DNA from: a bacterium
GTDB lineage: Bacteria > Zhuqueibacterota > QNDG01 > DSAB01
Assembly (NCBI GenBank): GCA_011388275.1
Contig: DSAB01000070.1
Coordinates: 29-64,028, forward strand
Direction: 5' to 3'
Length of the DNA: 64,000 nucleotides
The translations under genes and the position numbers were made by a program. Positions within the stretch are counted from its first letter, which is position 1, and every line of letters starts with the position of its first letter. Below the pieces are notes generated by a model, which saw only the letters and a program-made list of their open reading frames with translations, searched no databases and had not been told where the DNA came from. Below are positions 28,678-41,238 of the stretch, one piece after another.

Positions 28678-29467
28678 AACAGTTATTCCTCCTCTTCGAA
28701 TTCTTTTTATCTTGCTGACGATGACATTTATGCTGATTATCGGCCTGCACCTCGTGTGGGATTTCGGCAATCCGCGATGGAAGACGCTGGCGCTGGAGAT
28801 TTGCGTTCTCTTACCCTCGCTGATCTATTTGAGAATCCGAAGAGGGTCACCGGCTCGAGCATTCATGTGGCGCAGAGCCGGATTTCCCTGGCTGATAAGC
28901 GCGTTGTTTCTGGGATTGGGGCTGAGTCTGCTGGCCGATGAGCTGGATCGGTTTATTCAAAGGTTCGTTCCAATGAACCAGGATATTCTAAAGGGTATCC
29001 AGGAAGCCCTGATCGCACGGACGCCGCTGGATTGGGCGCTGATTATTCTGGGAGTCGTCATCGTTGCTGCCGTTGCCGAAGAGTCGCTTTTTCGCGGCCT
29101 GGTTTTACAGACCATGGAAACAACCCATACACAGAGGAGGGCCGTTCTGGCATCCGCCTTTGTGTTTTCGCTGCTTCATTTCAATCCATGGTGGCTGCTG
29201 GAAATTTTCATTCTGGGTCTGGTTTTGGGATGGCTGACCATCCGATCCCGAAGTATCTGGCCGGCTGTTACGATGCATGCGGTTCGAAACGGCCTTTCGG
29301 TCTGTTTTATTAACACCGATCCAGTGAAAATGGAATGGTTGTTCGGCGACTCCGGACTGAAGAGCCCCTGGTTTGCCGCTGCAGCGGCTTTAACAGCAGC
29401 GGGTTTCTGGATTTTGATCAAAACGCCCGGCAAAACCCTTCGGAGAGAAGCGTGTTTTGATGAATGA
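28658..29467 (+). CDS. CPBP (CAAX/Abi) family intramembrane metalloprotease
   Basis: Multi-TM; EESLFRG, FSLLH, S.WP..MH..N motifs. Confidence 0.88.
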   Translation: MVLYPRKTVIPPLRILFILLTMTFMLIIGLHLVWDFGNPRWKTLALEICVLLPSLIYLRIRRGSPARAFMWRRAGFPWLISALFLGLGLSLLADELDRFIQRFVPMNQDILKGIQEALIARTPLDWALIILGVVIVAAVAEESLFRGLVLQTMETTHTQRRAVLASAFVFSLLHFNPWWLLEIFILGLVLGWLTIRSRSIWPAVTMHAVRNGLSVCFINTDPVKMEWLFGDSGLKSPWFAAAAALTAAGFWILIKTPGKTLRREACFDE

Positions 29468-29548
29468 TCGGGTTTCCGTCCTGCACCTGATTCGTCAGCA
29501 GGGCGGCAGGCCACTGTTTCATTGAGAATTGATCCCGAGAGGCTGTCA

Positions 29549-30334
29549 ATGAACCTGATTGTATGTGTCAAGCAAGTGCCCAATACCACAGAAGTCCGCA
29601 TCGATCCCAAGACCAATACACTGATCCGTGAAGGGATTGATTCCATTCTCAACCCCTTTGATGCTTATGCTTTGGAAGAGGCAGTGCAAATCAAAGAACA
29701 GCACGGAGGCACGGTTACCGCATTGACCATGGGTCCGCCCCAGGCGGAACAGGTCTTGCGCGAAGCCATCTCCGTGGGAGCCGACAAAGCCGTTCTTCTC
29801 AGTGATCCGGCTTTTGCCGGTGCCGATACTCTGGCTACCTCGTATACTCTGGCCCGGGCGATTCGCAAGCTGGGCGACTTTCAGCTGATCCTGTGCGGCA
29901 AACAGGCGATTGACGGAGACACCGCCCAGGTGGGGCCGGGAATCGCGGTTCATCTGGATCTGCCTCAGGTCATTTTCGTCAGAAGAATCCGTGATATTTC
30001 CGGCACAGAACTGGTCGCTGAACGCATGACCGAAACCGGATTCGAGGCGGTCAGGGCAAAGCTTCCCGCTCTGGTAACGGTTGTGAAGGATATCAATCAG
30101 CCGCGGCTGCCCTCTCTGCGCGGAAAGATGACGGCCGCAAAAGCGGAGATTCCTGTATGGACGGTCAAGGATCTGGATTTGGAGTCCGGCCGTATCGGTC
30201 TTCAGGGGTCACCGACCTGGGTCAGGAAAGTATTTTCTCCCCAGCCCCGTTCCGGCGGAAGACGGTTCGAAGGCGAGCCGACCGCTGTTGTGGATGAATT
30301 TATCCGCACTCTCAAAGAGGATGGTATGTTGTGA
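29549..30334 (+). CDS. etfB: Electron transfer flavoprotein beta subunit
   Basis: IVCVKQVP, NPFD.YALE, MGPPQA, GADTLAT, GKQAIDGDTAQVG. Confidence 0.95.
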   Translation: MNLIVCVKQVPNTTEVRIDPKTNTLIREGIDSILNPFDAYALEEAVQIKEQHGGTVTALTMGPPQAEQVLREAISVGADKAVLLSDPAFAGADTLATSYTLARAIRKLGDFQLILCGKQAIDGDTAQVGPGIAVHLDLPQVIFVRRIRDISGTELVAERMTETGFEAVRAKLPALVTVVKDINQPRLPSLRGKMTAAKAEIPVWTVKDLDLESGRIGLQGSPTWVRKVFSPQPRSGGRRFEGEPTAVVDEFIRTLKEDGML

Positions 30335-30364
30335 TGGCAAACAATTGATCGGGAGGTTTCCCTC

Positions 30365-31564
30365 ATGTCAGTGATTCAGGTGATTCAAGATCAATGCACC
30401 GGCTGTACGCTCTGTGTCAAAGTCTGTCCTTACGGGGCCATTGCGATGAAAGATCAATTGGCTGTCATTGATCTTCATCGATGCACGCTTTGCGGTGCCT
30501 GTGTCGAGAAATGCCCTGTTCAGGCCATCGCGCTCACTTTGGAAAGAAAACCCATTGAAGGGATGCAGGACTATCAGGGTATCTGGGTTTATGCCGAATG
30601 CCGGCAGGGTGAGATTCAGCCCGTGGTTTATGAATTGTTGGGAGCGGGCCAGCGTCTGGCCCGGGCCCGTCAGGTTCCCTTGTCGGCCGTGCTTCTGGGG
30701 GGGATTGGTATCGGTGGTCATGCGGTCCATCTGTTCCAGCGCGGAGCCGATCGGGTTTATGTGGCCGAATCCGAGCAGCTCGATGTTTTTCAGGATGAAG
30801 TGTACTCCAATATTCTGGTCAGACTGATCCGGGAACACAAGCCTGAAATCGTCCTGGCCGGAGCTACCTCCATGGGCCGCTCCCTGATTCCCCGGGCCGC
30901 CGTGCAGTTGGGAACAGGATTGACCGCTGATTGTACGGGTTTGGAGATCGACGCCGGGACCGGGCATTTGCTTCAAACCCGTCCGGCTTTCGGCGGTAAT
31001 ATTATGGCCACTATCCTATGCGAGAACCACCGTCCCCAAATGGCTACGGTCAGGCACAAGGTCATGGCTGAAGCCATCGCGGACGAGACTCGGACTTCGG
31101 GTGAGATCATTCAGGTCTTGATCAACGATAAGGATCGGATTTCGAGAACCGCTGTTGAAGAGATCGTTCATGATGTGGAGGAAACCGTCAACATCATGGA
31201 GGCGGATGTGATCGTAGCCGGCGGAAGAGGACTTAAAGTGCCTGAGAATTTCAAGCTGATCAAGGACCTGGCAGGAGCCCTGAATGGAGCCGTGGCTGCG
31301 TCACGGGCTGCGGTTGATGCCGGATGGATCGATTATGCGCATCAGGTAGGTCAAACGGGTAAAACCGTCAAGCCGAAAATCTATTTTGCTGTAGGTATTT
31401 CAGGCGCCATTCAGCATCTGGTTGGTATGAGTTCGTCCGATACCATTATTGCCGTGAACAAAGATCCCAATGCGCCTATTTTTCAATCCGCGGATTACGG
31501 TCTGGTCGGTGATTTGTTTGAAATTGTTCCGGAGCTGATCAAGCGGTTTCAGAGTTTGCGTTGA
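30365..31564 (+). CDS. etfA: Electron transfer flavoprotein alpha subunit with N-terminal 2[4Fe-4S] ferredoxin
   Basis: Two CxxCxxCxxxCP motifs; GLTADCT, TRPAFGG, QVGQTGKTV.P, GISGAIQH. Confidence 0.95.
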   Translation: MSVIQVIQDQCTGCTLCVKVCPYGAIAMKDQLAVIDLHRCTLCGACVEKCPVQAIALTLERKPIEGMQDYQGIWVYAECRQGEIQPVVYELLGAGQRLARARQVPLSAVLLGGIGIGGHAVHLFQRGADRVYVAESEQLDVFQDEVYSNILVRLIREHKPEIVLAGATSMGRSLIPRAAVQLGTGLTADCTGLEIDAGTGHLLQTRPAFGGNIMATILCENHRPQMATVRHKVMAEAIADETRTSGEIIQVLINDKDRISRTAVEEIVHDVEETVNIMEADVIVAGGRGLKVPENFKLIKDLAGALNGAVAASRAAVDAGWIDYAHQVGQTGKTVKPKIYFAVGISGAIQHLVGMSSSDTIIAVNKDPNAPIFQSADYGLVGDLFEIVPELIKRFQSLR

Positions 31565-31593
31565 TCTATGGAATGGTTTGCTTTTACTCTGTT

Positions 31594-31620
31594 AAAGCCC
31601 CGCCGAACCACGGGGCTTTT
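31594..31620. terminator. Intrinsic terminator between convergent etfA and the KaiC-like gene
   Basis: AAAGCCCCG-8 nt-CGGGGCTTTT. Confidence 0.75.
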
Positions 31621-31666
31621 CAATTACCGGCAGCTTCACAAGCAATAAGCTGTCGCTGTGTCTGGA

Positions 31667-32374
31667 TCAGGTGTTGCGATTGACAATCAGCATCGTGCCG
31701 GTATCCAGTTCCAGGTGAAGTTTGCTGAGAGGTAAATTGTCATGATCTTTAAGCAGGTCAAGGTCGATATGATCCGGTTGCGGGTGGAGCATGATGATCA
31801 CGGAGAAAAAGCCCTTGAATCGGTTTACAGGGGTGGGGATACCCTGATCGTCCAGTTCCAGTTTTTCACGGTGCAGTGTCGCTGAAAACCACACGGCTGT
31901 CTGAAGGTCTTCGGCCAGTTTTTTCCAGAACTGAAAATGCGATTCGTCATGGTCATAAAAGGAGAAACCATCCACAATGACCACTTCGGGAAGAAAATTC
32001 AAGGCTTCGGTAAAATTCATGATTGAGGACCGGATATTTTCCAGCACCAATGGACGGCGAAAATGCATGATCTTCCGGTTTTTGATGACCTGGTCATGGT
32101 CGTCGATGACGTTTTCCAGTTTGTAGGACCGGGAGACCTCAAGAAAAACCTGTTCATACCATGTCTCAATATGGCGGGGGTCTTCGGCAAATGAGATATG
32201 CAGTACTTTCTGGCCTCTCAGGATTTTGTCGATGGAAACGTGTACCAGGCAGGCGGTTTTACCGACTCCTTTACGCGCGGTGAACACACCCAAATTCCCC
32301 TTGCCCAATCCGCCGTGAATGGATTGTTCCAGAATGCGAATGGGGCTTCTCCGAATCAATTCTTTTTTCAGCAT
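31667..32374 (-). CDS. Single-domain RecA/KaiC-like P-loop ATPase
   Basis: GGLGKG.LGVFTARKGVGKT (Walker A variant), VLHISF, VVIVDG (Walker B); AGGAG before ATG 32374. Confidence 0.75.
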   Translation of the reverse strand: MLKKELIRRSPIRILEQSIHGGLGKGNLGVFTARKGVGKTACLVHVSIDKILRGQKVLHISFAEDPRHIETWYEQVFLEVSRSYKLENVIDDHDQVIKNRKIMHFRRPLVLENIRSSIMNFTEALNFLPEVVIVDGFSFYDHDESHFQFWKKLAEDLQTAVWFSATLHREKLELDDQGIPTPVNRFKGFFSVIIMLHPQPDHIDLDLLKDHDNLPLSKLHLELDTGTMLIVNRNT

Positions 32375-32438
32375 AATTCTCCTCAATGGCTGCAGCGCCG
32401 GTCGGACTCGGTCCACGCGACAGGTGATCATTCGTGCC

Positions 32439-34514
32439 TCATTGATTCTTTTCTTCGAATTCCTTTTTCAATTTCTCCGCGATCGAATCCGGAACCCTGG
32501 CATAGTGGTCGAATTCCATGGTAAACTCCGATTTCCCCTGTGTGGCGGATCTGAGTACAGTGGAATATCCAAACATCTCGCTGAGTGGAACCTGCGCCTC
32601 CAGGATTGTGAAGGTGCCGTCTTCCATCACGCTGATTACAGTTCCACGGCGCTGATTGACTGTAGCCAGAATGGATCCCTGATATTCAGTAGGGCCTTCG
32701 ACACCCAGCCTCATGACGGGTTCAAGTATGATCGGCTTGCATCGTGAATAGGTTTCCCTGAATGCGCTGATGGCGGCCTGTCTGAAAGCCATTTCGGAAG
32801 AGTCCACGGGGTGATAGTTGCCGTCATTCAGCGTAATTTTAACACCGACTATGGAAAATCCGGTCAGCGGGCCTTTTTTCAGACACTCTTCAAAACCCCT
32901 GCGGCAAGCCGGAATATATTCAGCGGGAATCACACCTCCTTTGATTTCATTCACGAATTCGAAGTCTCCCTCATGCCAGGGTTCGATGATTCCGGCGACG
33001 CGACCGAACTGGCCCGCTCCGCCTGTCTGTTTTTTATGCGTGTAATTAAAGGGACCGGATTGGGAGATGGATTCCCGATAAGCCACCTGGGGAGTCCCCG
33101 TCTGCATCTCGATGTTGTATTCCCTGCGCATTCGTTCGATATATACATCCAGGTGGAGTTCTCCCATTCCCCTGATAATGGTGTCATTGGTTTCTGAATC
33201 CACGTACGTTTGAAAAGTCGGATCCTCTTTAGTGAAGCGGTTCAGGGCCTTGGCTATATTCTCCATCGATTTATCGTCTTTTGTTTTTACCGAAAGGGAA
33301 ATTACCGGCTTGGGTACAAACATGGAGGAGAGGCTGACCTTCATCCTGCCGTCGGTAAACGAATCGCCTGAGGCGCATTCGATTCCGAACAGGGCAACGA
33401 TATCGCCGGCCTGTGCTGATTCGATTTCTTCCATTTCATCGGCATGCATACGGATAAGACGCCCGACCCGGGACTTTTTTCCCGACCGGGCATTGACAAT
33501 CTCCGAACCTTTTTTCAGTGAACCCTGATACAAGCGCACATAGGTCAGCTGGCCGTAACGCGTATCATCCAGTTTGAAGGCCAGCATAACCAGAGGAGCC
33601 GAAGGATCGGCTGTCAATGCGATTGTTTTTTCATTATCAGACTGATCGAAAGCCGTATTGGAACCGTCGAGTGGAGAGGGCAGATAATGAAGCACCGCGT
33701 CCATGAGAGGCTGAACCCCCTTGTTCTTAAAGGCGGAACCCATAAATACAGGAGTCAGCTTCAGTGAAAGAGTTCCCTTTCGAACGGCGTCATAGACCAG
33801 ATCTTCGGTAACCCGGTCTTCCAGACAGGCTTCCATCAGCTCGTCGCTGAACAGGGTCACCGCGTCGAGCATGATATCCCGTTTTTCTCGGGCGATGGTG
33901 ATCAGTTCGTCGGGTATGGATTCTTCACGGACAATTTCGCCGTTTTCCCCGTCGAAATAGAAAGCCCTCATGGTCACCAGGTCCACGATGCCCCGAAAAT
34001 CGGCTTCACTTCCAATGGGGATCTGCATCATAACGGCATTGTGACTCAGTTTTTCTCTGAGCTGACGCGTGACTTTCCCGGCATTCGAACCCACGCGGTC
34101 CAGTTTATTGATAAACGCGATGCGGGGAACCTTGTATCGGGTCATCTGACGATCAACGGTGATGGACTGGGACTGGACGCCGCCGGTTCCGCAAAGCACC
34201 AGAATCGCTCCGTCCAGGACACGAAGCGCTCGTTCCACTTCCACGGTGAAATCCACGTGTCCCGGGGTGTCGATAATATTGATATCGTGTTTTTTCCAGG
34301 TGACGTGAGTCGAGGCCGAGGAGATGGTAATCCCACGTTCCCGCTCCAGCTCCATGGAATCCATTTTGGCGCCTGTACCGTCTTTTCCCCGTACTTCATG
34401 AATGGCATGTATCTTCTGTGTGTAAAAGAGAATACGTTCTGTCAGGGTGGTCTTTCCCGAATCGATATGGGCGCTGATTCCGATGTTGCGCATGTTTTGA
34501 ATATTCTTGCTCAT
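32439..34514 (-). CDS. fusA: Elongation factor G (spirochete/deltaproteobacterial, mtEF-G1-like type)
   Basis: [64 protein letters not shown]. Confidence 0.96.
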   Translation of the reverse strand: MSKNIQNMRNIGISAHIDSGKTTLTERILFYTQKIHAIHEVRGKDGTGAKMDSMELERERGITISSASTHVTWKKHDINIIDTPGHVDFTVEVERALRVLDGAILVLCGTGGVQSQSITVDRQMTRYKVPRIAFINKLDRVGSNAGKVTRQLREKLSHNAVMMQIPIGSEADFRGIVDLVTMRAFYFDGENGEIVREESIPDELITIAREKRDIMLDAVTLFSDELMEACLEDRVTEDLVYDAVRKGTLSLKLTPVFMGSAFKNKGVQPLMDAVLHYLPSPLDGSNTAFDQSDNEKTIALTADPSAPLVMLAFKLDDTRYGQLTYVRLYQGSLKKGSEIVNARSGKKSRVGRLIRMHADEMEEIESAQAGDIVALFGIECASGDSFTDGRMKVSLSSMFVPKPVISLSVKTKDDKSMENIAKALNRFTKEDPTFQTYVDSETNDTIIRGMGELHLDVYIERMRREYNIEMQTGTPQVAYRESISQSGPFNYTHKKQTGGAGQFGRVAGIIEPWHEGDFEFVNEIKGGVIPAEYIPACRRGFEECLKKGPLTGFSIVGVKITLNDGNYHPVDSSEMAFRQAAISAFRETYSRCKPIILEPVMRLGVEGPTEYQGSILATVNQRRGTVISVMEDGTFTILEAQVPLSEMFGYSTVLRSATQGKSEFTMEFDHYARVPDSIAEKLKKEFEEKNQ

Positions 34515-34814
34515 GGATCTTTTTACTCTCCGAAATTCTTGTTTCGTTGTTGAATGATTTGTCATTCAACCGAAAAGATTGTAAATATACATTAATTAAT
34601 GAGAAAAACCAAGCAAAATAACAAACGAAAATAAGTTTATCGGCATCAGTCCGATCGATGCGGCCGGCCATTATTCATCATGCCGGACCGGGCGCGTCCT
34701 TGTCTCTCATTTTTCTTGATTATCATACGGGGATTTCTTACCATACAAAGGTGTTTTATGTCGCATCTTCGAACGCCCGGTGTCTGTTATGGGTTCATGG
34801 AAAGGCGGCTGCTG

Positions 34815-35813
34815 ATGATCTCAAAGAGTAAGGCAGGATGGATGCTCCCCGTCTATGGATTGGCTTGCTGCTTGTGTGCCGGCGTTTGGGCACAGTCCGG
34901 CAATTCAGGGCCGCAGAATAAAAGCATACATTCTGATATTCATGGATATGGCTTTGGAAGTATCGGGTACAATACTTTGAATCACGGGAGCTTGAAAAAC
35001 ACGCCAAACGTTCCGGTTCCGCGTCATGCCGGACCGGGTTGGGTTCTGGTTTGCGGATTGCGCATGGGAAGGTCATGGCTGGAGCCCGCCGATTTTACGA
35101 CAACGATTTCCACTTTCAAAGCAGCGGCCGTGGAAAATCCGGACTGGGAAACACGGACAACCGCTTTCAGGGGCCTGTTTTCAGCAGGTCTGGACTTGAT
35201 GGCTGGATATGGTTTTACCGGCGGATTTTGGGTGGGGATTCAAACCGGATACAGACACTTTTTAAGCGGTATTTTAAAAGCGGAACAGTCTTTTTCCGGC
35301 GCGGCGGCGCCCTTTTATCAGACCCGGCAATTCGGTCTCGATGCCTGGGCCGTTCCTGTCGAACTGGTGTTTGTGCATCCGTTCCCGATTCTTTCAAAAG
35401 TTCGAATGCGGGCCTTGCTGGGTCTGGATCTGTACAACGCCGCAGTCGCCTATCAGTACCGGTTTGAGAATTTGAACGGATCGTATTGGCAAATGGGCGA
35501 TTTGAAGGATTCAGGAATCGGTTATCACTTTCATGTCGGCTTCGAATACCCGCTGAGAAACCGCATTTATCTGACACTGGAAGCCGGATACGGATGGGGG
35601 ATATTAAACGCGTTTGAGGGATCGATCGAGGACAGCGATGGCGTGAAAACCGATGTCCGCCTTGTCATGGAAGAAACCGGATACGGCAAGAAACTCAGCC
35701 TCGTACCTGGCGAAGACATGAAATGGCTCAGAAATGCCGAAGTGGATTCGGGAGGGTTGAACATATTGGCCGGGTTGAGCTGGGAAATGACTTTCTTTCT
35801 GCAATCAAAATGA
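34815..35813 (+). CDS. Hypothetical exported protein, probable outer-membrane beta-barrel
   Basis: Signal-peptide-like N-terminus ending AGVWA-Q; alternating aromatic/Gly strands (GYHFHVGFEY, LTLEAGYGW, ILAGLSWEM); start uncertain. Confidence 0.6.
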   Translation: MISKSKAGWMLPVYGLACCLCAGVWAQSGNSGPQNKSIHSDIHGYGFGSIGYNTLNHGSLKNTPNVPVPRHAGPGWVLVCGLRMGRSWLEPADFTTTISTFKAAAVENPDWETRTTAFRGLFSAGLDLMAGYGFTGGFWVGIQTGYRHFLSGILKAEQSFSGAAAPFYQTRQFGLDAWAVPVELVFVHPFPILSKVRMRALLGLDLYNAAVAYQYRFENLNGSYWQMGDLKDSGIGYHFHVGFEYPLRNRIYLTLEAGYGWGILNAFEGSIEDSDGVKTDVRLVMEETGYGKKLSLVPGEDMKWLRNAEVDSGGLNILAGLSWEMTFFLQSK

Positions 35814-35864
35814 AAGCAAAAACGGCCCGGTTTTCTGCGGAAGAGGAGCGACGATCTCTTTATC

Positions 35865-37995
<2,131 letters not shown>

Positions 37996-38011
37996 AAAGG
38001 ACGGGCTGCAT

Positions 38012-39190
38012 TTGGCAAAAAAGAAATCGGGAAAATTGCCTGTACCTTTTCAGGAGATTGAAACCCGTCACGAATTCAGGGTTTACCGAAAAAGAGATTT
38101 GGTTTTGGTCCAGGGGAAAGGATCGTCGGTTTGGGATCTTCAGGGCCGTGAATTTCTGGATTGTGTCACCGGGATGGGTGCCGCGATTCTTGGACACGGT
38201 CATCCCGTTGTGATGAAAGCGCTGAAGCAGGCGGAAACCCTGATAACCTGTTCGAATCTATTTTACAATGATCAGAGAGCGCTCTTTATGGCGTCTCTGG
38301 CCAATGCGGCACCCGGAGATCTGAAGCGTGTCTTTTTGTGCAATTCGGGCGCGGAAAGCGTGGAAGCGGCTCTGAAATTCGCCCGGTTCAGCACGGGCAA
38401 AACGGAGTTTATCTGCGCCCGGCGAGGGTATCACGGCCGCACCATGGGAGCTCTTTCGGCGACTTTCAGACCGGATTATCGTGAAGACTTTATGCCCCTT
38501 GTACCCGGGTTTCGATTCGCCGAATTGAATCATTTTGAATCGTTCAGGGAGCAAGTGACCAATGAGACGGCTGCCGTGCTGCTGGAGGTTGTGCAGGGAG
38601 AGGGAGGCGTGCATCCCGTCCGGAAGGAGTTTTTACAGGATATAGCCCGTCTCTGCCGGGAGAAGGGACTTCTTTTAATCCTGGATGAAGTGCAGACCGG
38701 CATGGGAAGAACAGGCCGCCTTTTCGGATGCAGTAATTATGATGTGATACCGGATATGATCTGTCTGGCCAAATCCATGGCCGGCGGAATACCCATGGGG
38801 GCCGTCATTGTTTCCGACCGTATTGAGCATCCTCTCGGCAAGCATGGATCGACATTCGGCGGGAATCCGTTGGCCTGTAAAGTGGCCAATGAAGTTCTTA
38901 AATATATCCTGATTTCCGGTTTTCTGGATTCAGTGAGAAAAAAAAGCTTCTATTTAATGCGGCATCTGACTTCGCGACCGCTTTCACGGGCAGTGGAGAT
39001 ACGCGGCCTGGGACTTCTGACGGGTATTCAGGTGAAAGGAGAGGCCGCTCCGCTGGTTCAGGAACTGGAGGATCAGGGTGTTCTGGCCCTGACCGCGGGT
39101 CCCGATGTCATCCGTCTGCTTCCTCCCTTGACCATCTCCATGAAAGATTTGGAACGGTTGATCGGCGCACTATGTAAAATCCTGGCCTAG
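38012..39190 (+). CDS. Class III PLP aminotransferase, ArgD/LysJ family (LysJ-like)
   Basis: VY.KRDL.LV.G.G..VWD..G, NSGAESVEAALKFAR, QGEGG, DEVQTG.GRTG, LAK, HGSTFGGNP; TTG start just after the ligA stop. Confidence 0.88.
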   Translation: MAKKKSGKLPVPFQEIETRHEFRVYRKRDLVLVQGKGSSVWDLQGREFLDCVTGMGAAILGHGHPVVMKALKQAETLITCSNLFYNDQRALFMASLANAAPGDLKRVFLCNSGAESVEAALKFARFSTGKTEFICARRGYHGRTMGALSATFRPDYREDFMPLVPGFRFAELNHFESFREQVTNETAAVLLEVVQGEGGVHPVRKEFLQDIARLCREKGLLLILDEVQTGMGRTGRLFGCSNYDVIPDMICLAKSMAGGIPMGAVIVSDRIEHPLGKHGSTFGGNPLACKVANEVLKYILISGFLDSVRKKSFYLMRHLTSRPLSRAVEIRGLGLLTGIQVKGEAAPLVQELEDQGVLALTAGPDVIRLLPPLTISMKDLERLIGALCKILA

Positions 39191-39208
39191 AAAAACGGAG
39201 GAGACGTT

Positions 39209-40351
39209 ATGCACGATGCCGGGATATTCCGGGCTGCCAATTCCCGCCGCTGTTCAAGGACTGTTCAGGTGGGATCTCTGCAACTGGGCGGGGGCGCACC
39301 CGTGCGGGTGCAGTCCATGACCAATACGCCTACGGAAGACGTGCGTCGCACGATCGATCAGATCAAGGCCCTTGAAAACGCCGGCTGTGAAATCGTCCGG
39401 GTGGCGGTTCCCACACTCGAAGCCGTAAAAGCGCTGCCCGCCCTGAAGTCGGCAATGACCGCGCCCCTGGTGGCGGATATTCATTTCGATTACAGGCTGG
39501 CCCTTGAAGCAATAAACCATGGCGCCGATAAAATCCGTATCAATCCCGGGAATATCGGAAAAGCGGACCGGGTGCGTGAAATCTTGAGAGAAGCCCGCGT
39601 GAATCATATTCCGGTACGCATCGGGGTCAACGCGGGATCTCTGGAAAAGGGTATTCTCAGGAAACATGAAGGAATCACGGCCGGGGCTCTGGCTGAGAGC
39701 GCTCTGAAACAGATACGCCTCTGTGAGGATGCGGGGTTCGAAGATCTGGTGGTTTCCATCAAGGCTTCTTCCATTCGTCTGATGGTTGAAGCCAACCGTA
39801 TTTTGGCCGGAAGTGTCGATTATCCTCTTCATCTGGGTGTTACGGAAGCCGGCGCCGCGCCCTCGGGTATCATCCGTTCAGCCGTGGGTCTGGGTATACT
39901 TCTGGATCAGGGTATCGGAGATACGATCCGGGTTTCATTGACCGGGGAACCGGTTCAGGAGGTAGCGACTGCCTATGAAATATTGAAGTCCCTCGGGCTC
40001 CGGCGCAGGGGGTTGACCGTAATCTCCTGCCCCACATGCGGCCGGACCCATGCCGATATTCTGGCTGTTGTGCAGGCCGTTGAGAAGGCTCTGGGGCATA
40101 TCAGGACGCCTTTGACTGTGGCGGTCATGGGATGCGCCGTAAATGGGCCGGGTGAGGCGAGGGAAGCGGATATAGGCGTGGCATGCGGGCCGGGCCGCGC
40201 CCTGCTCTTTCGAAAAGGGTGTGTGATCGGAAAGATTTCTGAAGATGAAATTGTTCGCGTTCTGGTGCAGGAGGTGAATCGGCTCGAAAAAAAACAGGAT
40301 CATTCGGCAGAAAAAGATTTGCCGGCCGGCGAGAAGGAAAAGAGTCGATGA
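39209..40351 (+). CDS. ispG: (E)-4-hydroxy-3-methylbut-2-enyl-diphosphate synthase
   Basis: VQSMTNT, LVADIHFD, RINPGNIG, RIGVNAGSL, LHLGVTEAG, CPTCGR, MGCAVNGPGEA. Confidence 0.97.
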   Translation: MHDAGIFRAANSRRCSRTVQVGSLQLGGGAPVRVQSMTNTPTEDVRRTIDQIKALENAGCEIVRVAVPTLEAVKALPALKSAMTAPLVADIHFDYRLALEAINHGADKIRINPGNIGKADRVREILREARVNHIPVRIGVNAGSLEKGILRKHEGITAGALAESALKQIRLCEDAGFEDLVVSIKASSIRLMVEANRILAGSVDYPLHLGVTEAGAAPSGIIRSAVGLGILLDQGIGDTIRVSLTGEPVQEVATAYEILKSLGLRRRGLTVISCPTCGRTHADILAVVQAVEKALGHIRTPLTVAVMGCAVNGPGEAREADIGVACGPGRALLFRKGCVIGKISEDEIVRVLVQEVNRLEKKQDHSAEKDLPAGEKEKSR

Positions 40352-41238
40352 AGGCTTCCATACTGGATGCAGTAAAAAAGGGGCCGGTACTGATGGATGG
40401 TGCTATCGGCACCCAGGTACAGGCTATGGGCCTGCCCCCCGGTGAACCGCCGGAACGATGGAACACAGAGAGGCCCGATTCGATTCGAAAGATACACCGG
40501 GATTATTTGATGGCGGGAGCCCGGGTGCTGACCACCAACAGTTTCGGGGGACATCCGATCAGGCTCAATCGTGCGGGGATCCAGGACAGCTATCTGGTCA
40601 ATTTTCAGGCCGCGGCCCTGACCTGTATCTCTCCGGATGTCTGGGTGGCCGGGTCTGTGGGACCTTGCGGAGAGATGATTAAGCCGTTGGGCAAGGTGGA
40701 GCCGGATGAAGTGTTTGAAGGTTTCAAATTACAAGTTCGGGCGCTTCTGGACGGGGGAGCGGATATCATACTCATCGAAACCATGACCGCCCTGGAAGAG
40801 GCTCTGCTGGCCGTTGAAGCGGCCCGCTCCCTGACATCGGCGCCTGTTTTGGCGTCCATGACTTTCTCGGCAACTCCCCGGGGATTCCGGACCGTGATGG
40901 GTGTTGATATCGACTCTGCGGTTGAATCTATTCTGAAAGCCGGCGCCGATGGGGTGGGTTCCAACTGTGGAAACGGTATCGAAGATTTTATTCCCATTGT
41001 CCGGCGAATGCGCGGCCTGACGGACAAACCGATTCTGGCCGAGGCCAACGCTGGGATGCCCGAAATGGTGAATGGGAAAACGGTCTATCGCCAGACACCG
41101 GAAACCATGTCACGCCATATTCCCGCCCTGCTTGAGGCCGGGGCGGATTTAATCGGAGGGTGCTGCGGAACAACGCCGGCTCATATTCGGAAAATGAAAG
41201 AAATACTCGATATCGAAGAGGGCAATTTATCAATATGA
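40348..41238 (+). CDS. Stand-alone homocysteine S-methyltransferase (MetH Hcy-binding domain-like)
   Basis: DGAIGT, AGA..L.TNSFG, IETM, G.NC, NAGMP, GGCCGTTP.HI Zn ligands. Confidence 0.9.
   Translation: MKASILDAVKKGPVLMDGAIGTQVQAMGLPPGEPPERWNTERPDSIRKIHRDYLMAGARVLTTNSFGGHPIRLNRAGIQDSYLVNFQAAALTCISPDVWVAGSVGPCGEMIKPLGKVEPDEVFEGFKLQVRALLDGGADIILIETMTALEEALLAVEAARSLTSAPVLASMTFSATPRGFRTVMGVDIDSAVESILKAGADGVGSNCGNGIEDFIPIVRRMRGLTDKPILAEANAGMPEMVNGKTVYRQTPETMSRHIPALLEAGADLIGGCCGTTPAHIRKMKEILDIEEGNLSI

Noticed and set aside
27859-28770. 303-aa minus-strand ORF
   Set aside because: Antisense shadow of hisS.
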